The notes: generated by a model from the letters alone, not told the origin. A stretch of DNA of 64,000 bases from Candidatus Bathyarchaeota archaeon (GCA_963767735.1 CAVYES010000004.1:512001-576000), one strand, 5' to 3'; positions 49,879 through 61,020 are shown, numbered from the stretch's first letter. Translations and numbers: made by a program.

Positions 49879-51072
49879 ATGATTATTATACTTGATTATT
49901 TAATTTCGGTGATTTGGCTTTCTCCTCTTCTATACCTGTTCATCTTAGGGTTTGGCGTTCTGTTTAACAGGACAAGAAAGACCGCTCTCTTGAAACAGAA
50001 AGGTGAGGTTGATAAAAAAGTTGACAACATTATCTTTCAGATACCAACGATTGGTAACGTCAAGTCAGTAAATAAAATATTGGAAACAGTAAAAAACTAT
50101 GCTTTGCCTATGCCCGTGGAAACCTGGGTAATTATTGAAGATTCGGATACACATAAACCTGAATACGTATGCGATAGGGTAGTTGTTGTGCCTCCAGATT
50201 TTGAGTGTGAAGACTTGTACAAAGGTCGGGCGTTAGAATACGCTCGCAGGTTAAGACAAAAATTAGTTGATGAAGGCAAACTGGGACCAAACTACTTATT
50301 GCTTCAAGGTGACGATGATGCGGTGCCTAGCCTTGAGTTTATAAAAGAATGCTTAACCGTTCAAGCTGACATTATGATTGGGACAATTACTCCACAAGTA
50401 AACGGCGTATGGAACACTATTCTCGACTACGAACGTTGTGTTGCATGCGGGATCTTCTGCAATTTTTTTACAAATTTGGGGCATCCGCTGTGGGCTCATG
50501 GCGAAGGAACCTGCATGAGTGGTCAAGTAGACAGGAACGTTTCTTATGACATAAGCACATTTACCCATAATACTAAGCACAAGTTGATACTCAACGAAGA
50601 CTCTTTCTACTTCCACAAAGCTGCAGTAATGGGTTACAGTATATTTAATTCGGAAGAAAAAATTTTAATATTGCCGCCATTAACTTTTGCCGATGCAGTA
50701 ACACAGAGACGCAGATGGGTTTGGGGGCAAATAGCAATTTTAAAGCAGAAAATGCTGCCTCTTCCAAACAGAATTAGGCTGAGCATAATTGGCTTCTCAG
50801 GATTATGGCTATTCTCCATTGGAATGTTAGGGCTGCCACTGTATTATTTAGGCGTCGTTCAAATACCCGCAGTGCTCTTGCCAGTTCTTTTTACAACTTT
50901 AGGCATATGGCTTGCAATTAGAGCCTACACCATTGGAAAATGCATGGGCTGGAAACACGCTATAGCAGGCACTGCAGCAAGCTACATAACAGTGGCAATG
51001 AATTTTATTGTTCATGTAATTGGACTTGCTAAGGGAGATCCAAAAAAATTCGAAGTAATCCGCAAAGAATGA
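49879..51072 (+). CDS. Glycosyltransferase family 2, membrane-bound
   Basis: KGRAL, GDDD, NED, QRRRW, C-terminal TMs. Confidence 0.88.
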   Translation: MIIILDYLISVIWLSPLLYLFILGFGVLFNRTRKTALLKQKGEVDKKVDNIIFQIPTIGNVKSVNKILETVKNYALPMPVETWVIIEDSDTHKPEYVCDRVVVVPPDFECEDLYKGRALEYARRLRQKLVDEGKLGPNYLLLQGDDDAVPSLEFIKECLTVQADIMIGTITPQVNGVWNTILDYERCVACGIFCNFFTNLGHPLWAHGEGTCMSGQVDRNVSYDISTFTHNTKHKLILNEDSFYFHKAAVMGYSIFNSEEKILILPPLTFADAVTQRRRWVWGQIAILKQKMLPLPNRIRLSIIGFSGLWLFSIGMLGLPLYYLGVVQIPAVLLPVLFTTLGIWLAIRAYTIGKCMGWKHAIAGTAASYITVAMNFIVHVIGLAKGDPKKFEVIRKE

Positions 51073-51140
51073 TCGCCAAAAACTTGTCAATTATGAAAAA
51101 AGACAGCTTGAATTAGCCAGGAATTCTGTACGGTGCTGTT

Positions 51141-52104
51141 CTATTGTTTCTCGCTTTCTTTTTTTCCTATTAGTGGCAAGCGTCGTTTTTGTATTTCTGG
51201 CGTGTTGATTATTTCAAGTATGGTTAATGTGACAACCGCATATATTGGAAGCCAATCGTAGGGGTACATCAGCGATATGGTTGTTCCATTCATTTCACCG
51301 TGCAAGAATGAAAATCCTATTCCATAGTAGAAGAAAAAAGGCAAATTTGTAACAGCAAGAAACGAGACAGCTCCCACAAGAAACGGAAATATACTTTTTC
51401 GGTTGTACCATAAAAGCAGCGGCAGCACAAAAAGCGCAGCACGCGGATCAAATGAACCAAATGCAAATAGCAATGCTGAGAACCAAGGTCTTTTAGTGAA
51501 TCCAAAGTACAACGCTCCTAGCAATAAGGTGGTTTGAAGTACGTGGGCATTGCCTAAGACATAACCAGCGTAGTAACTGGGGGAGAAGGACTGGGGATTC
51601 AAGCTAAAGAACCGGAACAAGAGTAGGTTGAGTGCGTCTTGATTTATTGGTGGCGTAGGGAGTGGTTGTATCAAAATAATGATAGCTGCTATAGCGGCGA
51701 AAACATAGTTTTTGTCTTTAGCCATTTTGTAAACAAAAAAAGCCAACGCTGGAATCAAAGCAAGCTGTAATAAGTCAAAAGCAGTAAATGCATTTTGGTA
51801 ACTTAAGGCTAGAAACGGCGCAAACAGAATCAGGAACGAAGGAGCATACTTGAAGGTTTGCGGAGCCGGTTGAATCTTGTAATCTCCAGGTTGAACAGCA
51901 CCCCAATAGATCGTAGTTGGATTATGGAACAAGCGCCATTCTCCAATGTAGTATGCTGAGAAATCTCTCGCCCATGTAGTCGATTCTGGCTTAAATGTTT
52001 CAGGGAATGCAAGGCAAAAGGTGATTGCGTTCAACGCCACGGCTATGAGGATGACTAAAATGATTTTCTGTTTCTGGGCAAGCTTGATTTATTTTCTTCT
52101 CCAT
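51141..52104 (-). CDS. GT-C fold membrane glycosyltransferase (GT87/DUF2029-like)
   Basis: RDFSAYY, FKYAP.F..LF.PF, many TMs; the ATG at 52104 needs a 1-nt correction, otherwise start at 52040. Confidence 0.7.
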
Positions 52105-52424
52105 CTTCCATTGCGAAGAGCAGGGCTAGAGCGATTTGTTTGATTAACAATTTATTTTTTGCCCAACTACACTTAAACGCTTATCACGCATTTTAAAACG
52201 TGCGCCAACATTTTAGCCTTAATGGCTTTGATTTGAGACGAACCTTAACAGAACCTTGATAGTACCTGATTGCTTTTTGTATAGAACACGCTTCTTATTT
52301 TCAATGAGTAGCTCTGTCGCTATCAGTATTTCATAAAAACATTTTTCTTTACTTTATCCACGCGCGTGCCCAGACGAATTTTGCCTTTCAAATAAATTAG
52401 TTGTTCTTTGGCCGCCGTTTTTTC

Positions 52425-52874
52425 CTAGTACTTGACGCTTAGGTAGAGTAGTACAGATAATGCGACGAACTCGAATAAGCCAGGCAGAAACTCGAATGGC
52501 CCAAGCCCATATGCTCTAAATCCAAATGGCGCTGAAATAAAGGGACTTGACGTCACATTTTGCACTAGAAAGACTAAAGCAAAAATTACAAGTCCGATTG
52601 TGAACTGAGAGCGAGTTTTAATATAGATATTAACGTAAATTATTGCTAAGATTGCTAAGAGCGCTATGTTGATCGTAGAAATTATTGTATTTGCAACATA
52701 AAAATACTCGAAGTCGCCCGGAATAAAACGGGGCGATGGGGCTCGTATTTGCTGAAACCCCGGAAGATGCTGCTGACGCAAATATAGTGCCCAAAAAGCC
52801 GCAAAAATAGCAACCGCTGCCAGTATCACAACAATTAAGCCATATCTTAACCGTCTATTCATTTGTTTCTCCAT
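52425..52874 (-). CDS. Four-TM membrane protein co-oriented with the ArsR-type regulator
   Basis: IY..IY.KTRSQFTIGL..F motif and TM helices. Confidence 0.75.
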   Translation of the reverse strand: MEKQMNRRLRYGLIVVILAAVAIFAAFWALYLRQQHLPGFQQIRAPSPRFIPGDFEYFYVANTIISTINIALLAILAIIYVNIYIKTRSQFTIGLVIFALVFLVQNVTSSPFISAPFGFRAYGLGPFEFLPGLFEFVALSVLLYLSVKY

Positions 52875-52893
52875 CTTGCCAGTTCTCCTTTTT

Positions 52894-53196
52894 CTACTTT
52901 TTCCCGATTTTCTTCATAATCTCCTCAAATAGCACATAATTCTCCTCCATGGTTTGCGTCAAAAAATAGGTTGCTCCATACCTGTCGCCGACAGAAGTAA
53001 TTATTTTGTTTTTTTCCAGCACTTCAAGGTGATGCCTCATCGTTTTGTAATCCATCTTCAGCATAATCGCCAGTTGATTTGCGTTCTGAGGCGTTTCTTT
53101 TAATGCTTCAATTATTTTGGCACGGGTTGGTCCGCCTCGCGTTCCTGCGATAAGCCATCCAAGCAAGTATTTCAACGAGCGGATATTTGCAGACAT
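52894..53196 (-). CDS. ArsR-type winged-helix regulator, paralog of 44700..45074
   Basis: WLIAGTRGGPTRAKII...NANQLA...DYKTMRHHL. Confidence 0.9.
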   Translation of the reverse strand: MSANIRSLKYLLGWLIAGTRGGPTRAKIIEALKETPQNANQLAIMLKMDYKTMRHHLEVLEKNKIITSVGDRYGATYFLTQTMEENYVLFEEIMKKIGKK

Positions 53197-53420
53197 TCGT
53201 AGACTCCGTGCATGAAGAGATTCTTTGTCACTCTTAATCTGGCTGAAGTAATAAATGTGTTCTTTTAAAATGCCAAGTCACTATAAGCATAGGCTAAAAT
53301 TAGGTACCAATTTAACGCTATATTAAATCATTTAATAATTAATGGCTTTAGGGGTAAAGAGTTGAAAAAATAACGTATCTTCTGTTCATTTTAAAGAAAA
53401 AAGGGAGAATAGTTGGGAGG

Positions 53421-54080
53421 TCATGGACTGCTAGTGGATTGTATATTGAATGGCAATACCGCAGTTGCTGTTGTACCTGTTGAATTGGTGGCTTGGTAAC
53501 CAACCATCTCGTTGAGGTTGAAGCTTGTGTTGCTGAACACGTTGCTTTCTAGTACTAGTAGAGTTACTGTTTGTCCTGAGGTGGCGAATGCGCCATTGAA
53601 GAGGGTAGATCCGCTTATGACTTGACTGCCTATGTTCCATTCACTCGGAATCTGAATGCTGACTTGACCTGAACTAGTGTCTAACAATAGAAGTCCTCTG
53701 GTTTCTGTGACGACTGAACCTGAAACTGATGCTATTGTAGCGTTCTGCAGGAACTCTCCTGAGAGTTGTGGACCAAATGTTTGTCGTCCATGCATCCCAT
53801 GCATCATTCGTCCTTGGAACCCGAAGCCGCCTTGGACTGCGAAGTTGCCTGGGAATGTAAAGTTACCTGTGAACGTAAAGTTACCTGTGAACGTAAAGTT
53901 ACTTGGAATCATTGGTCCGCCTGGATTACATGCGATCTGTGAAGGCTGAACGTCTACCTGTGGAACTGCGCTGTTGACTGCAGGAGTATTTGGGGATGCG
54001 GAAGCGCTAGCAAAGAGGACAGCTCCGACCACGCACAGCATGACTCCTATGACTGCGATTGTTATAAGGCTCTTTCTCAT
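53421..54080 (-). CDS. Exported hypothetical protein with NFTFTG repeats
   Basis: Signal peptide, 18-bp tandem repeats, Gly/Met/His-rich stretch. Confidence 0.75.
   Translation of the reverse strand: MRKSLITIAVIGVMLCVVGAVLFASASASPNTPAVNSAVPQVDVQPSQIACNPGGPMIPSNFTFTGNFTFTGNFTFPGNFAVQGGFGFQGRMMHGMHGRQTFGPQLSGEFLQNATIASVSGSVVTETRGLLLLDTSSGQVSIQIPSEWNIGSQVISGSTLFNGAFATSGQTVTLLVLESNVFSNTSFNLNEMVGYQATNSTGTTATAVLPFNIQSTSSP
53841..53902. repeat. In-frame 18-bp tandem repeat (about 3.5 units)
   Basis: gaacgtaaagttacctgt units. Confidence 0.85.
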
Positions 54081-54227
54081 GGTTTGTTGTATCATCTCCG
54101 CATATGGCTGTCCCCAAAAAGCTATTAAATCTTTTACCAATCTTTTACCCTAATCAAGCCCTATTTCCTCCGAAGTCAAGTTTTGATGTTTCTATGAAGC
54201 TAATTGGATTTTAAAAAAAACTCTGAT

Positions 54228-54539
54228 TTAAATTCCGTCTTCGGGAAATATCAAATCATCGTCTTTATCAGCGTTAAAAAACAAATCAGCTTCTTTATCA
54301 TCTACTGATTTTTCTTCACTTTTCTCAATGTTTGTTTCTTGCTGCCGACTTGCAATTTTCTTTCCGCACTTAACGCAAAAAGTAGCTTCGGGCGGATTCT
54401 CAGCGTCGCAGTAGCTACAATAAACTTTTGGCTGTGGCGTATTTTTTGATTCTTTCCTTAACTTGCGAATTGAATAAGCAAGCAAACCTATCCCAATCAA
54501 AATGAAGACGATTGCAATGAGCCCTTCCCACAACTGCAT
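54228..54539 (-). CDS. TM-anchored zinc-ribbon protein
   Basis: N-terminal TM, YCSYC...FCVKCG. Confidence 0.8.
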   Translation of the reverse strand: MQLWEGLIAIVFILIGIGLLAYSIRKLRKESKNTPQPKVYCSYCDAENPPEATFCVKCGKKIASRQQETNIEKSEEKSVDDKEADLFFNADKDDDLIFPEDGI

Positions 54540-54839
54540 AAGGCCATTTCCTTAAGGCTCTCATTGACTAGTTCAGTTTAAGTTTTTCGTTTTTTTAATT
54601 ATCTGTACCCATCTATATTTTAAAAGCAAAATTTGTTTGCTGCTTTTTGAATTATGGTTGGATTTGGGTGAGATTTTGAGAAATTGTTTAATAAGACTTT
54701 ATCAATAAGCATGAAAAGGCAATCAAGACGAGAGGAGAAAATAAAGTAAAGGCCATAAGCCCAATTGACTGCCCAAATAAAATTCCCATTCGATTCTCTC
54801 TTGGTTGCCTTTCAAAGTAAAATCTGAAAGGTATGAAAT

Positions 54840-56327
54840 ATGGGTATAGTAAGTAGAGCGGTAAGAAATATTTCAAGAAGAAAAATGCGAGCGCTACTAG
54901 TAATAATCGCTTTAGGCTTTGCCTTATCAATTATGATTTCAATTCCTGCAGGTGTTTTGGCTAACGAGAAGACAGCAAACACTGTGGCATCAAACTTAAG
55001 TGACCTAATTAATCAAACTGGCGCCACAATTAACCAAACATTAACTCAAATTGACTGTAGTCTTGCGCCAAGCTTTTCAGGGTTCGGTTTCACTCCTCCA
55101 AGCGGCACGTCTGGTGGTACCGGAACGTATAGAAGCGGCGGTTACGGAGGAGGCGGATCCGGTGGCAGCGGCTTTACGCCGGGTCAATTTGGCGGCGGCA
55201 CTGTAGGCGGCTATTTTGGTGGCGGTGCATTTAACGGCGGACAAGCTACGCCTATGAACGAGAGCCTGTACAATGATATTAACACCAGTATATCTGGGGT
55301 TTCAGCTGTCGAGCCTATACTGCAAGCTTCTGAAGGAAATAACGTAACAAGAAACTTGGATTTTAATGGATATTCACGTACTATTACAACCCTCGATGTC
55401 ACATACACGATTGAAGGGGTCCCGTTGACTTCCGATCTTGTGAACAATTATCCGATTCTGCCTACAAACATAACTGCTGGAAGTAATTTACAAGCGGGCG
55501 ATAGCGGAGATGTCTTGCTTAGCGAAAACAACTCAGCATACTTCGGAGCAGGTGTAGGCGATTCAGTTAGCATTTTAGGTCAAAGCTTTACGGTGGTAGG
55601 CATCTACAGTCCATCATCAGTTTCGGACACGCAAACGTTATACATGAATCTATCTGACGCCCAAGAAATAACTAACAATACCGGATACATAACTAGTCTC
55701 ACAGTCTTCGCGCAAAACAGTGGTGATGTTTCTGCAGTGGCTAGCGCCATAAGTACACTACATCCCGAGCTTACAGTTACTACAGCTCAAAGCCGCGAAA
55801 GCGCACTTCAAACCGAGGAATCGACCTATAATACTGAACTCGCAAGCGCGAACGCATCGGATAATACAACAAATTCAACTGCAATAGAAGAAATCGTAGT
55901 AGTGGTTTTAGCAACAAGCTTGATAGTGTTATTCGTAATGCTCTACACCGTCAAGGAGCGAACCAAAGAGATTGGCACGCTTAAAGCAATAGGCTTTAGC
56001 AACTCTACAGTCATGAGCCAATTTATGCTCGAAGGCATCCTCTTAAGCATAATCGCAGGTGTAGTTGGTATTGCAATTGGCATGGTGGCAGCACCCACAA
56101 TTGCACAATATCTGCTTCCGCCCGTTGGCGCGGCACCAAGGGGAACGGCGGGAGCTGCGATCATTTCAGGCACCTCGAGATTCGGTGGATTAGCAGTGGC
56201 GACATTGACGCCCGAACTTGTACTGTTAGGTTTTGGTGTAGCTATATTACTTGGGACTTTAGGCAGCCTGTATCCAGCGTGGAGAGCAGCAAAAATAAGA
56301 CCAGCAGAGGCAATGAGATATGAGTAA
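54840..56327 (+). CDS. MacB/FtsX-like ABC transporter permease
   Basis: RN..RR..R..L, ERTKEIGTLKAIG, YPAWRAAKI.P.EAMR. Confidence 0.9.
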   Translation: MGIVSRAVRNISRRKMRALLVIIALGFALSIMISIPAGVLANEKTANTVASNLSDLINQTGATINQTLTQIDCSLAPSFSGFGFTPPSGTSGGTGTYRSGGYGGGGSGGSGFTPGQFGGGTVGGYFGGGAFNGGQATPMNESLYNDINTSISGVSAVEPILQASEGNNVTRNLDFNGYSRTITTLDVTYTIEGVPLTSDLVNNYPILPTNITAGSNLQAGDSGDVLLSENNSAYFGAGVGDSVSILGQSFTVVGIYSPSSVSDTQTLYMNLSDAQEITNNTGYITSLTVFAQNSGDVSAVASAISTLHPELTVTTAQSRESALQTEESTYNTELASANASDNTTNSTAIEEIVVVVLATSLIVLFVMLYTVKERTKEIGTLKAIGFSNSTVMSQFMLEGILLSIIAGVVGIAIGMVAAPTIAQYLLPPVGAAPRGTAGAAIISGTSRFGGLAVATLTPELVLLGFGVAILLGTLGSLYPAWRAAKIRPAEAMRYE

Positions 56328-57186
56328 GACAGTATTGCAATCAGATAAACCAGCACCACAACCACTACAATCAGCATCGCAAGCAGGTAAACCAGTGCTG
56401 CAATTGGAAAACCTGAGCAAAACGTACACGCTTGGCAAACGCGAAGTTCCAGCCTTGGCAAATCTGAATCTTACAGTAAACGCCGGCGAGTTTGTGGCTA
56501 TCATGGGTCCATCAGGCTCGGGCAAAACTACGCTATTAAATGTTATCGGCTGCATTGACAAACCAACCAAAGGCAAAGTTTTATTGGACGGCATTGATGC
56601 TTCAGCGCTTCCGGAAAATCAGCTATACAAGATTAGAAGAGACAAAATGGGTTTTGTATTTCAAACCTTTAATCTGTTGCCATATCTAAACGCTAGAGAA
56701 AACGTCGAGTTACCCATGGAAGGACGAGGCAAATCGAAAGCTGAACAAACACAAAGAGCAAAGGAGCTCTTAGCCATGGTTGGTCTTTCAGGAAGAGAAG
56801 AACACCGCCCCCAACGACTCAGCGCTGGAGAGCAGCAAAGGGTAGCTATTGCACGCGCGTTAGCAAATAATCCCGCTATAATCCTTGCGGATGAGCCTAC
56901 AGGAAACTTGGATAGCCAGAATAAGCAGGGAATCATCAAGCTGCTGGGAAACCTTAATCTCAACCAAGGTACCACAATAATCATGGTCACCCATGACAGT
57001 CAAGCTGCACGCAATACAGAGCGAATGCTTCTGCTCAAAGACGGAAAAATAGTTAAGGAAATGCAAGGTTTACATGCAAATAAAAAGAACCAGACATGCC
57101 CACACTGTGGAAGCCGCATTCAAGCCACTGACGATAAATGTCCAGCCTGCAAAAAACCGATTTATGCAAGCGATGAACTCTTCTGA
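56320..57186 (+). CDS. ABC transporter ATP-binding protein (LolD/MacB-like) with C-terminal zinc ribbon
   Basis: GPSGSGKT, LSAGEQQR, ADEPTGNLD, VTHD; CPHCG...CPAC tail. Confidence 0.92.
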   Translation: MSKTVLQSDKPAPQPLQSASQAGKPVLQLENLSKTYTLGKREVPALANLNLTVNAGEFVAIMGPSGSGKTTLLNVIGCIDKPTKGKVLLDGIDASALPENQLYKIRRDKMGFVFQTFNLLPYLNARENVELPMEGRGKSKAEQTQRAKELLAMVGLSGREEHRPQRLSAGEQQRVAIARALANNPAIILADEPTGNLDSQNKQGIIKLLGNLNLNQGTTIIMVTHDSQAARNTERMLLLKDGKIVKEMQGLHANKKNQTCPHCGSRIQATDDKCPACKKPIYASDELF

Positions 57187-57244
57187 CCTAAAATGCAAAG
57201 ACAACAACTTCCAAAAACTTTTTTTAAATTTATGAGGATTTACT

Positions 57245-58483
57245 ATGGAAACTCCATCTTCGCCTAGCCCAACGGTTAATTCATTCCAGGCGCCTCAAAA
57301 AACCCCAAAAACAAAGCGCTTTTCAGTTTTTATTATTGTTTTTCTTCTGATTGTGGGTTTGGTTGCTGGCGGTTTAATCGGGTACGCGGTGACTATTTCA
57401 GATTTTAACGGGAAACTCAATAGCATTCAAGCTCAGCTGAATGGTTATTCTCAAAATGCAACTTATTATCCAAACGCAACATTCCTATTAGGCACTAATG
57501 TTTCTCTTTCGAATCTTTATTCACAAGTTCAATCGTCAGTAGTTATAATTCAAGATGTCGTACCCGAATATGGCGGTTTCTTTGATACTCTAATAGGATA
57601 CGCCGAGCAGCAAGGTTCAGGATTCATAGCTTCAATAGACAATCAATTGGTCATCGTAACCAACGACCATGTCATAGCAGACGCAACTAATGTCACCATA
57701 AGCTTCGCAGATGGCAGCAGCTACCCCGCGCAAGTGCTGGGTTCAGACCAACTATCTGACCTTGCAGTGCTTTCGATAACTCCCATGCCTGGCGGTTTGA
57801 CGCCGCTGCCGCTTGTTAGCTCCAGTACTTTGCAGGTGGGAGAACCCGTCGTCGCGGTAGGTTCACCTTACGGCTTACTGGGAACATTAACCACAGGCGT
57901 CATCAGCGCGTTAGGTAGAACAATCACTGAATCAAGTGAAACCGGAAGTACTGGTCCAACAATCTCAGATATAATTCAAACAAGCACCGCCATTAACCCG
58001 GGCAATTCAGGCGGTCCGCTTCTTAGTTATGCGGGCGAAGTCGTCGGCATAACAACTGCAGCTGTGTCTAGCTCCACTGGTTTAGGCTTTGCAATTCCAT
58101 CAGATACAATAATGCGTGAACTCAGATCACTGGTGACAACTGGCTCATACAATGAGCATCCAACCATTGACGCCACGCTAACCGACATGAACTACCAGAT
58201 TGCTCAAGCCATGGGAACCACCTTCACCTACGGATCACTCGTGGAAAGCGTTTCAGCGCAGAACGGACTTAAAGGCGGCACAACCCAAACCACAATTTTA
58301 GGCTCACCAGTAACAATAGGCGGTGACTTAATCATAGCTGTCAACGGAGTAAGAATAACCAATACTGACGACCTGCTATCTTATCTGGAGGAAAACACGC
58401 TGCCAGGCCAAACAGCCAATTTCACAGTTGTGCGAAACGGGCAAACACAAACAATCTCAGTAACCATTGGAAACTTATCATAA
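57245..58483 (+). CDS. HtrA/DegP-like serine protease with PDZ domain
   Basis: TNDHV, DLAV, GNSGGPL; paralog of 43236..44465. Confidence 0.92.
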   Translation: METPSSPSPTVNSFQAPQKTPKTKRFSVFIIVFLLIVGLVAGGLIGYAVTISDFNGKLNSIQAQLNGYSQNATYYPNATFLLGTNVSLSNLYSQVQSSVVIIQDVVPEYGGFFDTLIGYAEQQGSGFIASIDNQLVIVTNDHVIADATNVTISFADGSSYPAQVLGSDQLSDLAVLSITPMPGGLTPLPLVSSSTLQVGEPVVAVGSPYGLLGTLTTGVISALGRTITESSETGSTGPTISDIIQTSTAINPGNSGGPLLSYAGEVVGITTAAVSSSTGLGFAIPSDTIMRELRSLVTTGSYNEHPTIDATLTDMNYQIAQAMGTTFTYGSLVESVSAQNGLKGGTTQTTILGSPVTIGGDLIIAVNGVRITNTDDLLSYLEENTLPGQTANFTVVRNGQTQTISVTIGNLS

Positions 58484-58693
58484 CAAAAGGTCCACCCTAA
58501 TTTTTAAACAAGAAAAACCCCAATTAGAAATAAGCCTCGCCCCACCATTTACACGCATTTCCTTGGTAGTAAAAGACAACAGGCAATTCTTTTCGAAAAT
58601 TACTAAGGTCAGCCGAATTAGCAGTTGCCATTTTTAAGTGAGAAAGGTAGTAATCGGTATTTTTATAAGTTTAACGTTTGAAATAATTGGTTC

Positions 58694-59479
58694 ATGCAAG
58701 CTGAATTTGGAATAATCGGTGGAACAGGTCTCTATGACCCTAAGCTTCTCAAGAATGTTCAGGAAGTAACGGTTGAAACTCCCTACGGTAAACCTTCAGA
58801 CGCCATAACTGTTGGCGAGTTAGAGGGTAAATGTGTGGCTTTTCTGCCAAGACACGGAAAAAAACACACAATCAGACCCACGGACATCAACGTTAGAGCC
58901 AACATCTTTGCGTTAAAGAAGCTTGGCGTGAAACGAATTCTTGCGCCATCAACCGTTGGATCCTTAAGGGAAGAATATCATCCGGGCGAAATCGTCTTCT
59001 GCGACCAATTCATCGACCGAACCACAAGGCGAGAACAATCATTCTACACCGAGAATCAGGTATGCCACATATCTGTAGCTGAACCCATGTGTCCCGAGCT
59101 AAGACAAAACATAATTGCCGTCGCAAAAAGCATGGGCGTAAAAATGCATGAGACTGGAACTTACGTGTGCATTGAGGGACCGCGGTTTTCCACCAAAGCA
59201 GAATCAAAAATGTATCGACAGTGGGAAGCAGACGTTGTCGGCATGACGCTGGTTCCTGAATGTGTTCTGGCAAGAGAAGCAGAAATATGCTACGCGTCGA
59301 TTTCAACCGTAACCGACTATGACGTTTGGAAGGACCATCCAGTCAGCGTTGACGAAGTCGTCAAGATAATGAAGTCAAACATCGAAAACGTAAAACGAAT
59401 AATAGCTGAAACAGTGGCTAAACTGCCAAGTGAACGAGCCTGCAAATGCAACGAAGCCTTAAAAGGAGCCATAGTTTAA
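58694..59479 (+). CDS. mtnP: S-methyl-5'-thioadenosine phosphorylase
   Basis: IIGGTG, PRHG, EGPRFST.AES, GMT..PE..LARE, TDYD. Confidence 0.93.
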   Translation: MQAEFGIIGGTGLYDPKLLKNVQEVTVETPYGKPSDAITVGELEGKCVAFLPRHGKKHTIRPTDINVRANIFALKKLGVKRILAPSTVGSLREEYHPGEIVFCDQFIDRTTRREQSFYTENQVCHISVAEPMCPELRQNIIAVAKSMGVKMHETGTYVCIEGPRFSTKAESKMYRQWEADVVGMTLVPECVLAREAEICYASISTVTDYDVWKDHPVSVDEVVKIMKSNIENVKRIIAETVAKLPSERACKCNEALKGAIV

Positions 59480-59493
59480 AGGAGAAACAAAAA

Positions 59494-60039
59494 ATGAGCA
59501 AGAAAACTGCCGAATTGGATCTTAAGTTAAAAGTTCGAAGAATACCCGAGTTTAAAGGCGTGGTTTTCTGGGATATCACCCCCCTTTTGAAAGACAAGAA
59601 TTGCCTTCACCGTTCAATTAAACAGTTAGCAGACCATTACAGGGGAAAACCAATTGACGTGGTGGTCTCAAACGAAGCTAGAGGTTTCATAGTTGGCGCA
59701 GCTGTAGCTTACGAGTTGGGCGTAGGTTTTGTTCCTATACGCAAGAAAGGCAAGTTGCCTTCCAAATGCGTTGACCTCACCTACAAAAAAGAGTATGAGT
59801 CTGACACTATCGAAATTCATGAAGACGCCATCGAAAAAGGCCAAAACATTTTGCTGATTGATGATTTACTTGCCACTGGCGGCACCGTGAAAGCGAATAT
59901 TGAATTGGTCGAAAAGTTAGGCGGCAATGTGGTAGGCTTAGGCTTTTTGATTGAATTGGGTTATTTGAATGGCAGAAAAATGGTAGGCAACAAATACGAT
60001 GTGTACTCGCTTATTCAATTAAAAACACCAAAAGGCTAA
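59494..60039 (+). CDS. apt: Adenine phosphoribosyltransferase
   Basis: F.DITPLL, EARGF, RKKGKLP, LIDDLLATGGT. Confidence 0.93.
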   Translation: MSKKTAELDLKLKVRRIPEFKGVVFWDITPLLKDKNCLHRSIKQLADHYRGKPIDVVVSNEARGFIVGAAVAYELGVGFVPIRKKGKLPSKCVDLTYKKEYESDTIEIHEDAIEKGQNILLIDDLLATGGTVKANIELVEKLGGNVVGLGFLIELGYLNGRKMVGNKYDVYSLIQLKTPKG

Positions 60040-60374
60040 AACTCATTTTCCGGGCTTGGCTTTTTAAGAAGGTACAGGTTAAGCCTCAATTCTTTTCCTC
60101 CACGAGGCGACAAAAATTAGTGCGAATGGGCTCGGTTTGCTTTCTTTGTGCCTTCTGAGGAAAAAGCAGGTTTCCGCCAAGCCCCAGCTTCTTCAGCTGC
60201 ATGCACCAATGATGCTGGCGATGTTATATTGATTTGTTGGAGGTGCTATACAGCAACCCAGCTTTAATAGCTGTGCTTCGAAAATTTAAGGTAGTTATGC
60301 GTGGGAATTGTTTGGAAAACGTTTTCATTGATTTAGGTGCCCAAATAAACGCCGTCTATCCTGAAGGGGAGATA

Positions 60375-60611
60375 ATGAAGCTTAAAAGAAACGCTTTCGT
60401 TTTCATAAACGCTGAACCTAACGCGGGCAAAAGCACATTTGATGATTTGAAAAAAGTTGAAGGCGTAAAAGAAATGTGTCTTTCAAATGGCGCTTACGAT
60501 TATGTTGTAAAAGTCAGCGGCGAATCCTTAGATCATCTTCGAGAAATCATCTGTAAGCAAATAAAGAATTTGAGCAACATCAAGTTAACTTTGACTTTAA
60601 TGGTAATTTAA
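60375..60611 (+). CDS. Lrp/AsnC ligand-binding-domain protein
   Basis: AFVFIN.EP...GVKE....G.YD.VVKV. Confidence 0.75.
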   Translation: MKLKRNAFVFINAEPNAGKSTFDDLKKVEGVKEMCLSNGAYDYVVKVSGESLDHLREIICKQIKNLSNIKLTLTLMVI

Positions 60612-60639
60612 CTTCTCAGCGCAGAGTAAACCAAGGTTT

Positions 60640-61020
60640 TCAGGTTTCCAACTCTAGGTACTTCTGCAGACTATAAGCGAACTCAACAAAATTCAACTCG
60701 CCATTTTCTGGAGTATACAAGAAGTCCTTGTATTTTGCGTGAAGCCGCTCGACTATTTTTATTTCAAGTAGTTTTGCAACTGGACCAAAGATTTTCTCGA
60801 TGGCTCTAGCAAAATCTTTAATTTCATAGGGAATCTCGTTTTCATTTATGCCGTAATAATTTTTTAAGTGACGGTAAATGGCTTGCTTGTTGACGTCGCC
60901 TAAACCTGAGAGAATATCGTCTATTGCCTCCGATAGTTGTGTTTCAAAAATAATTTCAGACGGTTGGTTCTCGATTAAAAACGATATGGGAGTACTTAGG
61001 TCAGTTTGAGTTTGCATCAA
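60640..61020 (-). CDS. Conserved hypothetical protein (NitrOD5/DUF3227-like)
   Basis: EAID..LS.LG.....IY.HL...Y.I...EIP.....F..A.E.IFG..AKLLE..IV. Confidence 0.65.
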   Translation of the reverse strand: MMQTQTDLSTPISFLIENQPSEIIFETQLSEAIDDILSGLGDVNKQAIYRHLKNYYGINENEIPYEIKDFARAIEKIFGPVAKLLEIKIVERLHAKYKDFLYTPENGELNFVEFAYSLQKYLELET

